Below, piece after piece: positions 58,800-64,000 of a DNA stretch of 64,000 nucleotides. The stretch is taken from the NCBI RefSeq assembly GCF_009914755.1, contig NC_060929.1, one strand, 5' to 3'. The translations under genes and the position numbers were made by a program. Origin of the DNA: the human T2T-CHM13v2.0 reference genome, Homo sapiens. Numbering within the stretch: the first letter of the stretch is position 1; the number at the start of each line of letters is the position of its first letter. The notes under the pieces are model-generated. The model saw only the letters and a program-made list of their open reading frames with translations, made no database searches and was not told the DNA's origin.

Positions 58800-59694
58800 G
58801 TGCTTTGAATTATTTGCTGTGGCTCGAGCAGGGGTTACTTGTTATAAATTTCCCACTTTACTTTTTGCTTGATGATCCGGGGTCAACACTATGAACATCC
58901 TATTGCTCTGCCGTGTTGTAATATAGATGTTCTGCTTCCCAGCATGAGTGGAGAGGGCCACTTGCCCACATACAAAATGGCCCCAGGCACTAAGGTGTTT
59001 ATTTGTAGTTCTTGTGTCTACCTTTCAACATTTCTGTTCATTCTTTATCACAATATGACCACCCGTTGTGACCTCTTAATGATCCTAATATGTTTGTCCT
59101 TTCTAATATATTGTTTCTAACATACTATGAGCTGGGACACCATACTCCTACACTTGTTAAAATTTTGTGTGGAGTAAGAATATACTGTCAAGATCAGAGA
59201 GATTATATACATAAAGCACATCAACTTAATATATGGGTATTAAGAAATCTAGATGGTTCCTGTCAGCTTTTTAAAATATTACCTTCTCTTTCTCAGCTGA
59301 ATTTTAGATAGAGTAAGTGACCAGTAGAAAAGGGAAGTGCTCTAGAATTTAGACATGTGAGATGGCTTTGAGTTATATTTATTCATGGCATATTTTCTAG
59401 AGAAACGGTTCACCATCCAGATTGTGAGAGTAATCCAGATCTTGGAAGGGATTTTTGTATTAGAAAAGTTATCTGAGCATTATGAACTCGTGAATATACA
59501 GGGTCTTGGTCTTGATCATTTGGCCATTGATGTATTAGTTTGGCCACTATTAGATCCTGCAACCACAGGGCCTGGTTGAAGATGTCTTGTTAACGCCATG
59601 GGTCTTGCAATCGCCACAATGTCCAAAGGAGAAAGTGGCTGTGACTATGTCAAGCTCTCCAGTCTTCATGATCTAAATGGGATGGCCACATGCT
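58800..59694 (-). other. Decayed coding-like segment, possibly an ancient LINE reverse-transcriptase relic
   Basis: The minus frame reads ELDIVTATFSFGHCGDCKTHGVNKT...WPN*YINGQMIK with many C/G-ending codons; identity unresolved. Confidence 0.3.
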
Positions 59695-60512
59695 CTGCAA
59701 AGGCAGGAGGAGGAGAGGGACTGGAGACCTGGGAGTCTAAGTTAGGTATGCCACTGCCAGGGTAATCTCAGAAAGATGGAAACTGTCCTGAAAGAGGTCA
59801 GAAGTAGCTAACTTCAAAGCTATTAGAAGGAGGATTTCTGAACTCTTTGTTAAACAAGTGTTTTAAAAACAGATCTTGCCTTTTCTCCCACACATATGAT
59901 ACCATAGGAAGTTGAAAATTGGGGTACCTGAGTGTAGTCAAAGGATTCTCACAGACAACCTAACACAAAAGGAAGAAACATCGCTGGCTTAGCACTTCCA
60001 CCTCCCTTTCCTAAACAGTTAAGGAGCTCAATACCCCAAAAAAGAAATATAGTTAAGTTTGTTTTATCTCCGATACTTGGAAAGGGCTCTAGTCAAAAGT
60101 TTTGCAGTTTAGTCAATTTTCTTCACATTTTTAAGTGAAACCTTTAAAAAATAACAACAGAAATTGTTCTCAGCCTGTTATGAATTGAAGTTTCAAAAGT
60201 TTGAAGGAATGGCTGAACCACACCCCTGGTCTCTTACAGAAATTATCTGGCCATCGATTCTACTCAATCTATTCTGTCATCTGACCCTGAGCTTTCATCC
60301 TCTCATATTTCTATAAATCAGAAGCAAGTTGAAGTTCCAAAGAGGACTGTAGTAGATCTGAGCCAATCAGCTTACATTTAAAACATGGCCTGGGAGACCA
60401 CAAAATATTCCTTTGATTATATATATGGTTCTTAACTCTGACCTAAAAAAAGACTCAGTCTTTAAAATAAGTCACTGCTACAGCAAGGAAGGACTCTCCT
60501 GTGGGCAGAGTC

Positions 60513-60880
60513 CATTTAGTCAATCAACAAACAAATATTGGGCACCTAATGCCTATAAAGACTGTGCCAGAATTTGGGACCACAATGGGACATTAAAAAG
60601 CCCAATTTGGGTACTTATAGATCTTGAAGTCCAGTGAAGTAGACAAGCATTAATAAAAACTTATGCAAATTAATTATTTACATATCATTATGGAAACTGC
60701 CATAAAGGAAAAGTTCAAGGAATTCTGTAACTGGGTATCACAACCAAACCTGGGAGTCAGCAAAGGCTTTCTTGAGGATGAAACATTTAAACTGTCTTGA
60801 GGCTGAAGAGGCATTAACTAGATGAAGAAGGGGAGACAAGTATGTCAAAGAGAAGTATAAATACAGAGCCCTAAGAGTTC
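60513..60880 (-). mobile_element. L2 3' region
   Basis: tttagtcaatcaacaaacaaatattgggcacct...tgtgccag...ggagtcagcaaaggctttcttgaggatg. Confidence 0.7.
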
Positions 60881-61120
60881 TGTTAGCTCAGATCAATCAT
60901 ATGAATTATGAGTAGGCATGTTCAAATCTGCATGATCCTTGAGTACTCTTGCTTGTGAGTCTGCAGCCTGTTCCCCCACCCCAATCCCACCAAGCCCTGG
61001 GAGTCTTCTTCTACCACCAAAGCTACTCAGACCCCTCCTGCCCCCAAAACATTTATCATATTCTTCACTTAGTGCTAGGCACTTACTGTCTTGAACTACT
61101 TTTAAAAATTGTATCTTACT

Positions 61121-61524
61121 TATATTAGTCAGCTCAGGCTGCCATAAGAAAATACCATAGACTAGATGACTTAAACAGCAGAAACTTATTTCTCACAGTT
61201 CTGAAGTCTGGGAAGTCCAAGAGCAAGGTGTTGGCAAGGAAGGTTTCATTCTTAGGCCTCTTCTTTTAGCTTATATGCAGCCACCATCTTGCTGTATGCT
61301 CACATGACATTTTTTTATGCAGGTTGAGTCCTGGGGGAGGTGGGCAGAGCAAGCTCTCTGGTGTCTCTTCCCATAAGGGCACTAATCCCATCATGAGGGC
61401 CCCATCCTCATGACCTCATCCAACCTTAATTAGTTCCCAACATTCTCATCCCCAAGTACCATCACATTGGGAATTCGAAGTTTGACATAAATTTTACGGG
61501 GATACAAATATTCAGTCCATAACA
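61121..61524 (-). mobile_element. MLT1A0-like MaLR solo LTR
   Basis: tattagtcagctcaggctgccataagaaaataccatagact...aagggcactaatcccatcatgagggcccc...attcagtccataaca. Confidence 0.88.
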
Positions 61525-61823
61525 TTTTTCTATGCATATATATCTTGCCTCCACAACTATACTGTCAGCAAGAGAGTTTAGTGGAATCATTTTACATGTC
61601 CCTCAATCCTCAAAGCCTCTTATACATATCAAATCCCCATATCAAATTGCATATGTGACAGTTAACTAGTTGCCAATGAATTATCTATGGCCCTGTCAAA
61701 TAATGAAACATACAGCCATTAAACACACTGAGTCTTATTTAAGTGACCCCTGTGAAGGTCACTCTACATGTCAAATGATTCAATACTTGACTAGTGATAT
61801 TAACATTTGTCCTTCGGTTTCCT

Positions 61824-61825
<2 letters not shown>

Positions 61826-61873
<48 letters not shown>
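61826..61873. repeat. (GT)24 microsatellite
   Basis: Perfect GT run. Confidence 0.97.
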
Positions 61874-61874
<1 letters not shown>

Positions 61875-62109
61875 GGGGGTACATTTTTTTCTACCTGATT
61901 TTTTAGCAGCTTTTTACTGACATATTCTTTCCTTGCTGAAATACTTATTTCCATACCTAACTACATTTAGGATGATCAAGAAAAAGAAATGCTATGTGAA
62001 TGCATGCTGAAGACATACAGTTAGATAAAAATAAAACACAGAGAACTGGAATGATTCCAAGTTTGCAATGTATGTGTATGTGAGAGTCAGTAGATCAGAA
62101 TGATCAAGA

Positions 62110-62320
62110 ATAAGAGCCAAATACAAATCCAATTTCCTATATTTGAATATAAAGTTTACCATTCACTAGATATGTGACTCTGGACAAATTTTCTAACCTC
62201 TTTAATCTGTATGATTGGCATAATAATGATACCTACCCTCATAAGAGTGTTATGAGAATTTATTGAGTTAATATTTATAAAACGCATAGAATAGTGTCTG
62301 ACACATTTAAACTTCATATA
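62110..62320 (+). mobile_element. MIR
   Basis: tatgtgactctggacaaattttctaacctct...ataatgatacctaccctcataagagtgttatgagaatt. Confidence 0.7.
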
Positions 62321-62739
62321 TTTTCATAAATGAAATGAAATAAATTGAATTAAGATGACTATAATAAAATGAAGTTAAAATGTGCGATATTAAATATAAA
62401 ATATATATAAATATATATAAAATAGATGTGAAAATATGTTAATAGAGGTGATCTATGATGATAAAGTTATTTGATTATTACTTTCTTTTTGGAGAGAGGG
62501 ATCTGTATTTCCAAATTTTCTACAATAAACACATCAAACTTTTAAAACAAAAATAAAAATATAAACATTATATAAATAAGTGGAAATATATGTATGTGTG
62601 TATATATACAAAAAACATATATAGTAAATTGTTTACTACTTAAAAGTCAGTGTTCTGACAAACTGGAATAATAATTATCTTACAAGGAGATTGTAAGAAT
62701 TAAATCGGTAATCCATGCAAAGAGCTCTATCTATGCAGA

Positions 62740-63183
62740 AACATAGAAACCCACCTTTCTCTACCTTGACTAATATAGATTACAGCAAGGCACTCTTTTG
62801 ACATCTGGCTTCAGGTTAGGTTCGGCCACAGCAGAGCCCTAGCATGAGGTCACAAGGGGAGGAGAATGATATCGTGGCCTCTCCTGGACACCTTCATTTG
62901 AGGTCACCCTGCGGCATGACCACATCCTTCTAACTAAGATCAAACTCTATCAAGATAGCCTCTGCTCAGAACTGACTCCAGCAGGTTTTGATAATAGCTC
63001 CTTCTCTCCTACTTCACTCTAAGATGATAATGGCCCCACTCTTATTAACTAGAGGTATTACTCAATTGCTTCTATGTTCCCTACACTTCGCCCACATCTA
63101 TATGAGTATCCTTTTATTAGAGCTTCTCATGAACTGTTCTAATGGAACTTGCTGTCTGTTTCCTGCTGGGGACTGCATGACAC
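62740..63183 (+). mobile_element. LTR33-like (ERVL) LTR relic
   Basis: tctggcttcaggttaggttcggcca...gcccacatct...ttttattaga...gctgtctgtttcctgctgggga. Confidence 0.65.
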
Positions 63184-63561
63184 AGAGCTGACATCATCTG
63201 ACACCAGGTGACTGCTCAGTAATTACAAGGTGGGTATTACCATATGGGTGAGAAAACTAGTGCAAAGGCTGAATCCCCAGGGCTAAAGTCTCATGATCTG
63301 CTGGTAGTGCAAGTTATTTGTCCTTCACAGAGCCTGATGCTTTATTTCAGAAAAAAGAGTTATGTGTATACATATACAACACATATAGTGCTTACTATGT
63401 GCTAGGCAGTGGTCTATCCTGATTTTGTCCTTCCTTCATGTTGAGTACCCTCTTGGGAACTAGAGGTCTTAGAGAGCCTTTCTGTTGTTCTGGCATAAGT
63501 TTGCCCTTATAAGGCAGCTTTCAGGCTAGTGACAGAAGCTCTGACTGACTGAAATCTGAGT

Positions 63562-64000
63562 GTAGTCTATCAACACACTACTTCAGTTCTGGTCACCAAA
63601 TTGTGTGAGGATTTCTCCCTACCAGCAACAAATTTTCCAGCAGACACCAACTAGTGTCATATAATTAAATTCAATTTTGACATTCTATACATGGAGTTCA
63701 TGTCAGATCCCACAGGGTAAGGGTTCAGTCCAATAAGACTGACCCCCTACATTAGACACCAATCACAAGTAATAGATTTTCACCTATATTTCTTACTGGC
63801 TATAAATCAGGGTTCCCCCCTACTCCCTCCTTGGGTTTGTTTAATATGCTAGATTGGCTCACAAAACTCAGGGATACATTTAAGATTTGCCAGTTTATAT
63901 ATAAAGGATATTACAAAGGAAAGATACTGACAAACAGCCAAATGAAGAGATGGATAGGGCAAGGTATTGGTGCAGAGGGTTGCAGGGGAAGATCTTCCCT
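63562..64000 (-). mobile_element. MER21-like LTR (runs off the window)
   Basis: cagcagacaccaactagtgtc...tcaattttgaca...gtcagatcccacagg..aagggttcagtcc...ctggctataaatcagggttcccc. Confidence 0.7.

Overview
Human genomic DNA: an AT-rich, repeat-dominated intergenic or intronic window. The species call rests on two human-specific insertions, an L1HS-Ta element with the ACA/G diagnostics and an AluYb8. No intact protein-coding gene, RNA gene or CRISPR array is supported. The recognisable ORFs in the track are L1 ORF1/ORF2, Tigger1 transposase, Alu or minisatellite read-throughs; the rest look like chance ORFs. Content: L1s of many ages (L1HS-Ta, L1PA3/4, a 5.2-kb internally deleted L1PA5-like copy, L1PA15/16, L1MB, L1MC/D, L1M), seven Alus, solo LTRs (MLT2 x3, MER11, LTR18B-like, MLT1, LTR33, MER21), DNA transposons (full-length Tigger1, MER2, MER5, MER63, Tigger3, ORSL-like), L2/MIR relics, STRs and a 36-bp minisatellite. 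The most notable observations are DNA-repair and insertion scars: a 91-bp templated copy taken from 5.3 kb away, a templated-insertion junction at the L1 internal deletion, a ~20-bp twin-priming inversion and a TSD-less L1HS-Ta. There is also a possible microexon plus terminal exon at the window start and an unidentified decayed coding-like stretch at ~58.8-59.7 kb. I found no convincing novel multi-gene system. Repeat subfamily names come from recalled consensus motifs, not from a search.
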